DNA from: an uncultured Burkholderiales bacterium
Lineage (GTDB): Bacteria; Pseudomonadota; Gammaproteobacteria; Burkholderiales; UBA6910
Reading direction: 5' to 3'
DNA: 30,407 nt
NCBI GenBank assembly: GCA_964528415.1
Contig: CAZGTK010000001.1
Location: 1 to 30,407, forward strand
This document shows, piece after piece, positions 17,568 through 24,924 of the stretch. A model generated the notes under the pieces. It ran no database searches. It was not told the DNA's origin and saw nothing but the letters and a program-made list of their open reading frames with translations. Each line of letters opens with the position of its first letter. The stretch's first letter is position 1. Position numbers and translations under genes: made by a program.

Positions 17568-17596
17568 AACATAACGCGCGGTACGATGTACGTCAA
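17568..17596 (-). promoter_or_regulatory. Sigma70-type promoter of higBA, 8 nt from the ATG
   Basis: -35 TTGACG (17591-17596), 17 bp, -10 TATGTT (17568-17573), then CGCGCAAA-ATG with no Shine-Dalgarno. Confidence 0.65.
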
Positions 17597-17707
17597 GCGT
17601 AAATGCAGCGGCGGCCGCCCGACGAGGACGGGCGCTTGGGTGCAGCCGGGAACAGGCGCCTAATCGGGCAGGCAGGGGCGCCAGCCCGCGGCTGGCGATG
17701 GGAATCG

Positions 17708-17784
17708 TGGCGCGCCCGGCGAGATTCGAACTCACGACCTTTGGCTCCGGAGGCCAACACTCTATCCAGCTGAGCTACGGGCGC
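17708..17784 (-). tRNA. tRNA-Arg(CCG)
   Basis: 77 nt: GCGCCCGTAGCTCAGCTGGATAGAGTGTTGGCCTCCGGAGCCAAAGGTCGTGAGTTCGAATCTCGCCGGGCGCGCCA; anticodon CCG, T-loop TTCGAA, encoded CCA. Confidence 0.97.
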
Positions 17785-17796
17785 ACGAGGGCGCAA

Positions 17797-17825
17797 ATGA
17801 TAGCTTTTTTCCGTTATTCCGTCCA
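17797..17825 (-). promoter_or_regulatory. Probable tRNA promoter
   Basis: -35 TGGACG (17820-17825), 17 bp, -10 TATCAT (17797-17802), followed by a GC-rich discriminator. Confidence 0.55.
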
Positions 17826-17835
17826 CGGTTAGCCT

Positions 17836-17864
17836 TTGAGCGACGGCCCGCGCGCCGCTATAAT
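17836..17864 (+). promoter_or_regulatory. Sigma70 promoter of the cytochrome c gene
   Basis: -35 TTGAGC (17836-17841), 17 bp, consensus -10 TATAAT (17859-17864). Confidence 0.7.
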
Positions 17865-17918
17865 TCGCGGTTTCCGGCCCGCCGAGCCGACCCCCAAGGA
17901 CAAGGATTCCAACGAACC

Positions 17919-19052
17919 ATGGCTGACATCCACATCGAAGAGCATTCGTCCCCGATCAAGACGCCGCAGCAGCTGGTGGTGGTCATGGTGCTGGCCTTCG
18001 TCGTGCCTGTGCTGATCATCATCGGCCTGGCGCAGCTCGTGACGGGCGGCATCGGCGCGAATCCGCGGGCCATGACGCCGGAGCTTGTGCAGCAGCGCAT
18101 CGCGCCGGTGGGACGCCTGGTGGTCGCCGGCACGCCGGAGGCGCAAGCCGAGGGCCAGGCCCAGGCGATGAAGGCGGCCGCCGCGCCGGCCGCGAAGCAG
18201 GACCGCTCGGGGGAACAGATCTACAACGCCGGCTGCAACGCGTGCCACACGGCGGGCGTCGCCGGCGCGCCGAAGACCGGCGATGCGGCCGCCTGGGCGC
18301 CGCGCATCGCGCTGGGCCTCGATGCGCTGACCACTTCGGTATGGAACGGCAAGGGCTCGATGCCGGCCAAGGGCGGCGTCGCCGACGCCAGCAAGGACGA
18401 GATCGCGCGCGCGGTGGCCTACATGGCCAACAAGGCCGGGGCCAGCTTCAAGGCGCCGGAGGCCAAGGTGGCCGCGGCGCCCGCCGCGGCGCCGAAGGAG
18501 CGCAGCGGCAAGGAGATCGTCGAGGCCACCTGCGGCAACTGCCACGTCACCGGCGAAGGCGGCGCGCCCAAGATCGGCGACCGCGCGGCGTGGTCGCAGC
18601 GCGTCTCGCGCGGCCTGGACGCCGTCGTGACGGCGGCGATCCGCGGCCACGACAACATGCCGGCGCGCGGCGGCCAGGCCGATCTCACGGACGCGGAGTT
18701 CCGCAGCGCGGTGCTCTACATGTTCCAGCAGGGCGGCGGCCAGCCTGGAGCCGCGGCGCCCGCGGCCGCCCCCGCGGCGGCGGCGCCGGCGCCCGCGAAA
18801 ACGGCCGCCGCGGCCGACGGCGAAGGGGTCTACAACAAGGCCTGCGTCGCCTGCCACGGCACCGGCGCGGCGGGCGCGCCGAAGCTGGGCGACAAAGCGG
18901 CGTGGGCGCCGCGCGTCGCGCAGGGCGCGGACGCGCTCTACACCGCCGCCATCAAGGGCAAGGGCGTCATGCCGGCCAAGGGCGGCGCCGCGACCCTGTC
19001 CGATGCCGAGGTCAAAGCGGCGGTGGACTTCATGGTCGCCAAGTCGAAGTAA
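17919..19052 (+). CDS. Membrane-anchored triheme cytochrome c5-family protein
   Basis: N-terminal TM helix; three CxxCH (CNACH, CGNCH, CVACH), each followed by GAPKxGDxAAW and MPA(K/R)GG; Ala/Pro linkers. Confidence 0.92.
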   Translation: MADIHIEEHSSPIKTPQQLVVVMVLAFVVPVLIIIGLAQLVTGGIGANPRAMTPELVQQRIAPVGRLVVAGTPEAQAEGQAQAMKAAAAPAAKQDRSGEQIYNAGCNACHTAGVAGAPKTGDAAAWAPRIALGLDALTTSVWNGKGSMPAKGGVADASKDEIARAVAYMANKAGASFKAPEAKVAAAPAAAPKERSGKEIVEATCGNCHVTGEGGAPKIGDRAAWSQRVSRGLDAVVTAAIRGHDNMPARGGQADLTDAEFRSAVLYMFQQGGGQPGAAAPAAAPAAAAPAPAKTAAAADGEGVYNKACVACHGTGAAGAPKLGDKAAWAPRVAQGADALYTAAIKGKGVMPAKGGAATLSDAEVKAAVDFMVAKSK

Positions 19053-19068
19053 GCGGCCGCAACGGACG

Positions 19069-19098
19069 AAAGGCGCAGACCCCGTCTGCGCCTTTTTT
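19069..19098 (+). terminator. Rho-independent terminator
   Basis: AAAGGCGCAGAC-CCC-GTCTGCGCCTTT followed by further T residues, just after the cytochrome stop. Confidence 0.88.
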
Positions 19099-19130
19099 GT
19101 TGTCCTCGGCGGGTTGATTTGAATGCATTC

Positions 19131-19232
19131 ACCGCAGCGGAGGCAAAGGGCGCAAAGAAAACAATGACCGCGGTCGGACGCACTACTTCCGGGTTCCTTG
19201 GCGCCCTCCGCGTCCTCTGCGTCCTCCGCGGT
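19131..19232. repeat. Intergenic imperfect inverted repeat built from 9-bp units (GC[A/G]GAGGAC / GTCCTC[T/C]GC)
   Basis: Left arm ACCGCAGCGGAGGCAAAGGGCGCAAAG matches the reverse complement of the right arm (ACCGCGGAGGACGCAGAGGACGCGGAG) at 20/27 positions. Confidence 0.6.
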
Positions 19233-19276
19233 AAGCGCCTTTCCGTCTCTCTGCTGGCGGCTCGAGCCTGACGACC

Positions 19277-20101
19277 ATGGCCACCTACGCGATCGGTGAT
19301 CTGCAGGGCTGCTTCGCCGAGCTGCAGCAACTGCTGGAGGCCGTGGCGTTCGATCCCGCGCGCGACCGCCTCTGGTTGACCGGCGACTTGGTGAACCGAG
19401 GCCCCGACTCGCTGGCGGTGCTGCGCTTCGTGAAGGGGCTCGGCGAGCGCGCCGTGACGGTACTCGGCAACCACGACCTGCACCTGCTGATGGTGTGGCG
19501 CGGCGCCGAGCCGCTGCGCCGCAAGGACACGCTGCGGCCGATCCTCGACGCGCCGGACGCCGGCGAACTGCTGGATTGGCTGCGTCGCCAGCCGCTGTTC
19601 CACGCCGAGGACGGCTTCGCCATGGTGCACGCGGGCCTGCTGCCGCAGTGGACGGTGGCCAAGGCGGGCGCGCTGGCCGCCGAAGCCGGGCGCGCCTTGG
19701 TGGAGGACCTCGACGGGTTCTGCCGCCACATGTACGGCAACCAGCCCGATCGCTGGGACGACGCGCTTTCCGGCTACGACCGCCTGCGCGTGATCGTCAA
19801 CGCCATGACCCGCATGCGCGTGATCACGCCGGACGGGCAAATGGAGTTCTCCCACAAGCGCAGCCCGCGCGAGGCGCCGGCCGGCTACGTGCCCTGGTAC
19901 CGCGTGGCGGACCGCGCGAGCAGCGATCACTTCCTGCTGTGCGGGCACTGGTCGGCGCAGGGGCTCGTCCTGGAGCCGAACCTGGCGACGCTCGACACCG
20001 GCTGCCTGTGGGGCGGCAGCCTTACGGCGCTGCGGCTGGAGGATCGGCAGGTGTTTCAGATCGGCTGCGCGGCGCCGGCAGGCGCAGCGCGCTGGCAATA
20101 G
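19277..20101 (+). CDS. apaH: Symmetrical bis(5'-nucleosyl)-tetraphosphatase
   Basis: YAIGDLQGC, GDLVNRGP, LGNHD, VHAG, GHWSAQG, LDTGCLWGG. Confidence 0.93.
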   Translation: MATYAIGDLQGCFAELQQLLEAVAFDPARDRLWLTGDLVNRGPDSLAVLRFVKGLGERAVTVLGNHDLHLLMVWRGAEPLRRKDTLRPILDAPDAGELLDWLRRQPLFHAEDGFAMVHAGLLPQWTVAKAGALAAEAGRALVEDLDGFCRHMYGNQPDRWDDALSGYDRLRVIVNAMTRMRVITPDGQMEFSHKRSPREAPAGYVPWYRVADRASSDHFLLCGHWSAQGLVLEPNLATLDTGCLWGGSLTALRLEDRQVFQIGCAAPAGAARWQ

Positions 20102-20828
20102 CCTCTCCCGCCTCGCGCGCCACCTCGTTGCGCGTGCGGCCGACCGTCGCGATCGGCGCAAGGAAGGTAAGCTCGGCGCGGACGCCCGGCGCGGCCAGGA
20201 TGCGGCGCAGCGACGTCATGAAGGTGTCGTCGCCGGTGTAGGGCGCCGCCGGCGAGCGCTCGCCGGCCCCGTCCAGGTAGCGCAGCGCCGCCGGAAAGAC
20301 CGGCGCGCCGGCCTCCACCGCCGGCTGCAGCAGCGAGCCGTGAAACGGCTTGACCAGCGACCCGTCGGTGGTGGTGCCCTCCGGAAACACCGCCAGCCGC
20401 TCGCCCGCCCGCAGCAGCTCCTGCATGTGCTGGTTCACGCGCGCCGCGTCGCGGCGCCGCGCGCGCTCGAGGTAGACGGTGCCCGCCCGCGTCGCGAGGT
20501 AGCCGGCCAGCGGCCAGTCGCGCACCTCCGACTTGGAGACGAAGCGCGACGGGCTCACCGCGGCGATGACGAAGATGTCGAGCCACGAGACGTGATTCGC
20601 CACGACGATGCCCGAGCGGGGGTCGATGCCGGGCGGATCGCCGCGCACCGTCAGGCGCACGCCGGCGATGGCGAGCAGCTCGAGCGACCAGCGCCGGAAC
20701 GTGCGCATGCGGCCCGCGCCGTCGAGCCGCGGAAACTGGAACGCGACGCGCAGCAGGCCTGCGAACAGATGCAGAACGAGGCGGGTCAGCCGGACGAGCC
20801 GGGTGACCGGGCTGACGGAGCTAGGCAG
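20022..20828 (-). CDS. olsA: Lysophospholipid acyltransferase (PlsC family), OlsA-like
   Basis: NHVSWLD (HxxxxD), SKSEV, FPEGTT. The frame is open upstream of ATG 20708 to 20834 and encodes a hydrophobic RLTRLVLHLFAGLLRVAFQFP segment; start tentatively CTG 20828. olsA identity inferred from position behind an OlsB-like gene. Confidence 0.72.
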   Translation of the reverse strand: MPSSVSPVTRLVRLTRLVLHLFAGLLRVAFQFPRLDGAGRMRTFRRWSLELLAIAGVRLTVRGDPPGIDPRSGIVVANHVSWLDIFVIAAVSPSRFVSKSEVRDWPLAGYLATRAGTVYLERARRRDAARVNQHMQELLRAGERLAVFPEGTTTDGSLVKPFHGSLLQPAVEAGAPVFPAALRYLDGAGERSPAAPYTGDDTFMTSLRRILAAPGVRAELTFLAPIATVGRTRNEVAREAGEAIASALRLPAPRSRSETPADPPAAAP

Positions 20829-21579
20829 TGTCTTTCAGGAAACGTCGCACGTAGCGCTCTCGTACCCGCTCCATCGGCATCAGGAGGAACAGATCGGCGG
20901 TGTTGAAGTCCGGGTCCCACGCGGGGGCCCCGCACACCCACGCGCCGCAGCGAAGGTAACCCTTGATCAGCGGCGGCACGGTGACGTTCAAGCCGTCGTT
21001 AAGCGCCTCGATGGGCAGGGCACAGCGCGGCTGCACGCGGTATTCGACGGGGCTCATGTGGCTTTCGCTCAGCCGGCGATACGTGCTCGCCGCCACGTGT
21101 CCCCCGTCCCCCATGGACATGCTGGCGCACCCGATCAGGTACCCGTAGCCGTAGCGCCGCATGTAATCGCCCAGCCCGGACCAGAGCAGCGCGATGGTGG
21201 CGCCGTTCCGGTAATCGGGATGCACGCAGGAGCGGCCGATCTCGACGATGCGCTCGCGCAGGTGACCGAGCCGGACCATGTCGAACTCGTCCTCGGAGTA
21301 ATAGCCCCCGAGCCGCTGCGCCTGCTCCGGACGCAGGATCCGGTAGGTGCCGACGACCTCGTTGCTGTCGACGTCGCGCACCAGCAGGTGCTCGCAGTGC
21401 CGGTCGAACAGGTCGCGGTCGATGCCGAGATGGGCCGACTTGAGCCGCGCGCCCATCTCCTCGCCGAAGACCCTGTAACGCAGCCGCAGAGCCTCCAGCA
21501 CCTCGTCTTCCGATCCCGCGAACTGCAGTCTCAGCCGCTGCGCGTCGCGCCGGGCGGCCACTGCCTGCTGCACCAACAT
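20821..21579 (-). CDS. olsB: GNAT-fold N-acyltransferase, ornithine lipid synthase OlsB-like
   Basis: LRLRYRVFGEEMGA, DRDLFDRHCEHLLVRD, VGTYRIL, EIGRSCVHPDYR, PPLIKGYLRCGA, DPDFNTAD; GAGGAG RBS. Confidence 0.78.
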   Translation of the reverse strand: MLVQQAVAARRDAQRLRLQFAGSEDEVLEALRLRYRVFGEEMGARLKSAHLGIDRDLFDRHCEHLLVRDVDSNEVVGTYRILRPEQAQRLGGYYSEDEFDMVRLGHLRERIVEIGRSCVHPDYRNGATIALLWSGLGDYMRRYGYGYLIGCASMSMGDGGHVAASTYRRLSESHMSPVEYRVQPRCALPIEALNDGLNVTVPPLIKGYLRCGAWVCGAPAWDPDFNTADLFLLMPMERVRERYVRRFLKDTA

Positions 21580-21609
21580 GGCGCCGTCTCCTCGTGAAGA
21601 GCCGGCGTC

Positions 21610-21665
21610 ACGTTAGGTTAGCATCGTGACAGGTCGGTGAATAGCCAGTGAAAAATTGGTTACGG
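21610..21665 (-). promoter_or_regulatory. Pho-box-like array (four heptamers at 11-bp period) with -10 element
   Basis: Minus strand CCGTAAC-caat-TTTTCAC-tggc-TATTCAC-cgac-CTGTCAC, then 10 nt, then TAACGT (21610-21615). Confidence 0.68.
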
Positions 21666-21697
21666 CGGCGTCGCGGGAGCGGCGCCCCCGCGCCCGG

Positions 21698-22150
21698 TCA
21701 GTGCGCGACGCGCGTGACGCCGCTGCCCGAGATGATCTTCACCCGGTCGCCGGGCTTGAACATCTCGTCGGCTTCCTGGGTCACCGCGATCAGCTGGCCG
21801 GTGTCGAGCTTGACGATGATCTCGAGGCCCGCGCGGCGCGTGACCGCCTCTTCGGCCACGCCGCCCAGCAGGCCGCCCGCCACCGCGCCCACCACCGTGG
21901 CGATGTCCTGCCCCTTGCCGCCGCCGACCGTGGAGCCGGCGATGCCGCCGACCGCGGCGCCCGCCGCCGGGCCGATCGGCGTCTTGGTGCCTTCGATCGT
22001 CACGTCCCGCACGCTGTCGACGACGCCGAGGCGCACCGTCTGCTCGGTGCGCGCCTGGTCCCGGCTGTAAGCCGCCCCGGACATGCTCGACTGGCAGCCG
22101 GCCGCGGCCAGCGCGGCGGCGACGATCAAGACGGTTGCAATGGTCTTCAT
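21698..22150 (-). CDS. Glycine-zipper 2TM outer-membrane lipoprotein (SlyB/Pcp-like)
   Basis: Lipobox LAAAGC, Gly-zipper GAAVGGIAGSTVGGG...GAVAGGLLG, C-terminal GQLIAVTQ...GDRV. Confidence 0.88.
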   Translation of the reverse strand: MKTIATVLIVAAALAAAGCQSSMSGAAYSRDQARTEQTVRLGVVDSVRDVTIEGTKTPIGPAAGAAVGGIAGSTVGGGKGQDIATVVGAVAGGLLGGVAEEAVTRRAGLEIIVKLDTGQLIAVTQEADEMFKPGDRVKIISGSGVTRVAH

Positions 22151-22162
22151 GATGCCCTCCTG

Positions 22163-23098
22163 TCACCAGAGGCCGTGGCCGAAGGCCTCCCGGAAACGCG
22201 TTGCGATCTCGTCGCGCGGAACGCCGTGGTTCTGGGCGCCGCGATGCGCCACCTTGAGCGCCCCCATCAGCGAGGCCAGCCGTCCGGTGTCGTCCCACGA
22301 CAGCCCTTCGGCGATGCCGAAGAGAAGGCCGGCCCGGTAGGCGTCGCCGCAGCCGGTCGGGTCCACCACCGCCGCCGCCTTCACGCTCGGAATATCGTAC
22401 TGCTTCCCGCCGGCGTAGATGGTGGAGCCGTTGGCGCCCCGCGTCACGACGAACGCCTTCACCTTGCCGGTGAGTGAAGCAAGGGGCGTACCCGTGCGCT
22501 CGACGATCACGCGCGCCTCGTAATCGTTGGCGGCCACGTAATCGGCGGCGTCGATGAACGACAGCAGCTCCTCGCCGCTGAACAGCGGCAGTCCCTGGCC
22601 GGGGTCGAACACGAACGGCACGCCCGCCTCGCGGAACTGGCGCGCGTGCGCCAGCATGCCCTCGCGCCCGTCCGGGGCGACGATGCCGAGGCCGATGTCC
22701 TTTGCCTGGGTGACGTCGTTCAGGTGCGAATGGTTCATCGCGCCGGGATGGAACGCAGTAATCTGGTTGTCGTCCATGTCGGTGGTGATGAAGGCCTGCG
22801 CGGTGTAGCTGCCCGGCACCCGGCGCACGTGCTCGCGGGCGATGCCCATCGCGTCGAGCCGTTCCTCGTACGGACCGGCGTCCTCGCCGACGGTGGCCAT
22901 GATCAGCGGCTCGCCGCCGAGCAGCTTCAGGTTGTAGGCGATGTTGCCCGCGCAGCCGCCGAACTCGCGGCGCATCTCCGGCACCTGGAACGACACGTTC
23001 AGGATGTGGATCTGGTCCGGCAGGATGTGCTCCTTGAACCGGTCGCCGAACACCATGATGGTGTCGAAGGCCATGGAACCGCAGATGAGTGTGCGCAT
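22163..23098 (-). CDS. PfkB/ribokinase-family kinase, nucleoside kinase-like
   Basis: GSMAFDTIM, FGGCAGNIAY, DPGQ, ANDYE, VTRGANG, DPTGCGDAYRAG. Confidence 0.88.
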   Translation of the reverse strand: MRTLICGSMAFDTIMVFGDRFKEHILPDQIHILNVSFQVPEMRREFGGCAGNIAYNLKLLGGEPLIMATVGEDAGPYEERLDAMGIAREHVRRVPGSYTAQAFITTDMDDNQITAFHPGAMNHSHLNDVTQAKDIGLGIVAPDGREGMLAHARQFREAGVPFVFDPGQGLPLFSGEELLSFIDAADYVAANDYEARVIVERTGTPLASLTGKVKAFVVTRGANGSTIYAGGKQYDIPSVKAAAVVDPTGCGDAYRAGLLFGIAEGLSWDDTGRLASLMGALKVAHRGAQNHGVPRDEIATRFREAFGHGLW

Positions 23099-23162
23099 TG
23101 CTCGACGGGCTGGAAGACGGGAGGCTGGATTATAACCCCGCGAGCGGCCCGGGCCGCCGGGC

Positions 23163-23588
23163 TCAGACGGCGCGCCGCAGCCGGCGCATCAGGACGCCCA
23201 GCAGCGGAATCTTCTCGTACAGCTCCTCGGCCGCGTCCCAGTAGTCGCGGTGGAAGCAGACCCGTCCGTCGGCAGCAAGCCGCAGGTAGCTCATGCCGCG
23301 GATGACCTGGACCTCGTGCGGCCGGATGCTGCGGAAGCGGAAGTGCATCTCCCACACCAGCGCCACGGTGTCGCCGGCGCCGATGCGCTCCAGGATCCGG
23401 AAGCGCGGCTCGTCGACCTGCTGGAACATGCGGCGGAAGATGGCCTGGATGTCGGCCAGCCGCCGCACCTCGTTGTGGGGGTCCTTGAAGTAGGCGTCCT
23501 CGGCGTAGTAGGCGCCCATCTCGGCCACGCTCTGCGGCGTGAGCGTTTCGAAGTAGGTGACGAGCTCGTCCAGGGTCGGCATCGTCAC
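23163..23588 (-). CDS. SnoaL/NTF2-like fold protein
   Basis: YAEDAYFKDPHNEVR...HRDYWDAAEELYEKIP; overlaps the SDR stop. Confidence 0.82.
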   Translation of the reverse strand: MTMPTLDELVTYFETLTPQSVAEMGAYYAEDAYFKDPHNEVRRLADIQAIFRRMFQQVDEPRFRILERIGAGDTVALVWEMHFRFRSIRPHEVQVIRGMSYLRLAADGRVCFHRDYWDAAEELYEKIPLLGVLMRRLRRAV

Positions 23589-24358
23589 AACCCGGTGAAC
23601 TTGCGCACGGCGGCAAAGTACCAGCGGTAGGGCAGGACCTCGAGCAGCTTGAGCCAGCCGGTGAAGCGCTTCGGGAAGTGGATCTCGAACCGGCCGGCCT
23701 CCATGCCGTCGGCGATGCGGCGCGCCGCCTCGTCGGCCTCGATCAGCGCCGGCATCCTGAACGTGTTCCTGTCCGTGAGCGGCGTGCGCACAAATCCCGG
23801 GTTGACGAGGTACACCGCCACGCCGCGAGGGGCGAGGTCGAGGTAGAGCGTCTCGGCCATGTTGATGAGCGCCGACTTGGTGGCGCCGTAGACGAGGCCG
23901 TTGGGCAACCCCCGATAGCCGGCGACGCTGGAGACCAGCACCAGCGCGCCGCGGCCGCGCTCCAGCATGGCCGGCAGCACGGTGGCGACGCCGTTGAAGG
24001 TGCCCATCAGGTTGATCTCCACTTCCTGGCGCGCGCCCTCCACCGGCACGTCCCAGGCGCGGGCCGCGGAGTACGTGCCGGCCATGAACACGACGACGTC
24101 AACGCCGTCCCAGGCGGCGCACAGCCGCTCGTAGGCGGCGGCGATCGTGCCGGGTTCGGTCACGTCGCCGGGCAGCGCCAGGGTCTGCGCCGACTCGCCG
24201 AGCACCTCGCGCAGCTTTTTCTCGCGCCGCGCCGTGCCCGCCACCCGGGCGCCGCGGCGCAGCAGTTCCCGCGCCAGCGCCGCGCCGATCCCCGCCGAGG
24301 CGCCGAGGATCCAGACCCGCAGCCCCTTCCAGTCGGTGATTCTCGGGTTCAGCGCCAT
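23585..24358 (-). CDS. Short-chain dehydrogenase/reductase
   Basis: GASAGIG, SSVAG, YGATK (YxxxK), VNPGFVRTPLT. Confidence 0.92.
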   Translation of the reverse strand: MALNPRITDWKGLRVWILGASAGIGAALARELLRRGARVAGTARREKKLREVLGESAQTLALPGDVTEPGTIAAAYERLCAAWDGVDVVVFMAGTYSAARAWDVPVEGARQEVEINLMGTFNGVATVLPAMLERGRGALVLVSSVAGYRGLPNGLVYGATKSALINMAETLYLDLAPRGVAVYLVNPGFVRTPLTDRNTFRMPALIEADEAARRIADGMEAGRFEIHFPKRFTGWLKLLEVLPYRWYFAAVRKFTGL

Positions 24359-24386
24359 GGCGACAGGATACGCCGCGCGGCGCGGC

Positions 24387-24923
24387 TCATGGCCGCTTGC
24401 GGAAGGCGATGGTGATGTCGGCGAAGCGGATGCCGAACTTGCGCATCTCGGTGCGGTTGAGCAGCGTCGCCTCGTCGACGAGGTACATCCAGTCGTCCAT
24501 GTTCATTTCGTACCCGCCCTGCGCCGGCGGCAGCCTGAGCACGTAGTTCCACTGCAGCGCGTTGCCGTAGGCGCGGCCGGCGGCCTCGCCGACGACGTCG
24601 TGCGCCGTGCCCGTGTAGCGGTGCGCGTCGAGCTTCTTGACCGTCCAGACGCGTTTTTCCTTGACGCCGTCGGACCAGTCGAACGTTTCATCCAGCGTGC
24701 CGGTGTCGCCCTGCCAGCTTGCCTCGATGCGCACGTAGAAGCGGCGCAGCACCTTGCCCGAGCGGTCCTGCACCATGCCCCAGCCGTCGACGGTGCCGTT
24801 GAAGTAGCGCTGGAGATCGAGCACCGGCTTCTCGGCGGCGTAGTGCTCCGGCGCGACGCTGGCGCAGCCTGCCAGCAGGAATGCGAGCCCCGCGGCGAGC
24901 AGGGTCGCGAAGCGTCGAATCAT
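24387..24923 (-). CDS. DUF3833-like lipoprotein
   Basis: Lipobox LLAGC; LDLQRYFNG...GWGMVQDRSG, ALQWNYVLRL, MDDWMYL, KFG. Confidence 0.8.
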   Translation of the reverse strand: MIRRFATLLAAGLAFLLAGCASVAPEHYAAEKPVLDLQRYFNGTVDGWGMVQDRSGKVLRRFYVRIEASWQGDTGTLDETFDWSDGVKEKRVWTVKKLDAHRYTGTAHDVVGEAAGRAYGNALQWNYVLRLPPAQGGYEMNMDDWMYLVDEATLLNRTEMRKFGIRFADITIAFRKRP

Positions 24924-24924
24924 G

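Larger units (their letters stand above)
4845..17707. mobile_element. Defence-island-like accessory region at the 3' end of tRNA-Arg(CCG); boundaries approximate
   Basis: Dense cluster of TA, Fic, RM and QueC-like genes with visibly lower GC in parts, abutting the tRNA 3' end; no integrase or att repeat seen. Confidence 0.6.

Noticed and set aside
17679-17697. Hairpin CGCCAGCC-CGC-GGCTGGCG just downstream of the tRNA
   Set aside because: Perfect stem but no U tract on the tRNA strand, so not called a terminator.
18720-18830. GCCGCG/GCGGCG-rich low-complexity tract
   Set aside because: Encodes the Ala/Pro linker of the cytochrome; not an independent repeat.
23129-23134. TATAAT on the minus strand upstream of the PfkB kinase gene
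   Set aside because: No matching -35 or extended -10 found; plausible but not supportable on its own.
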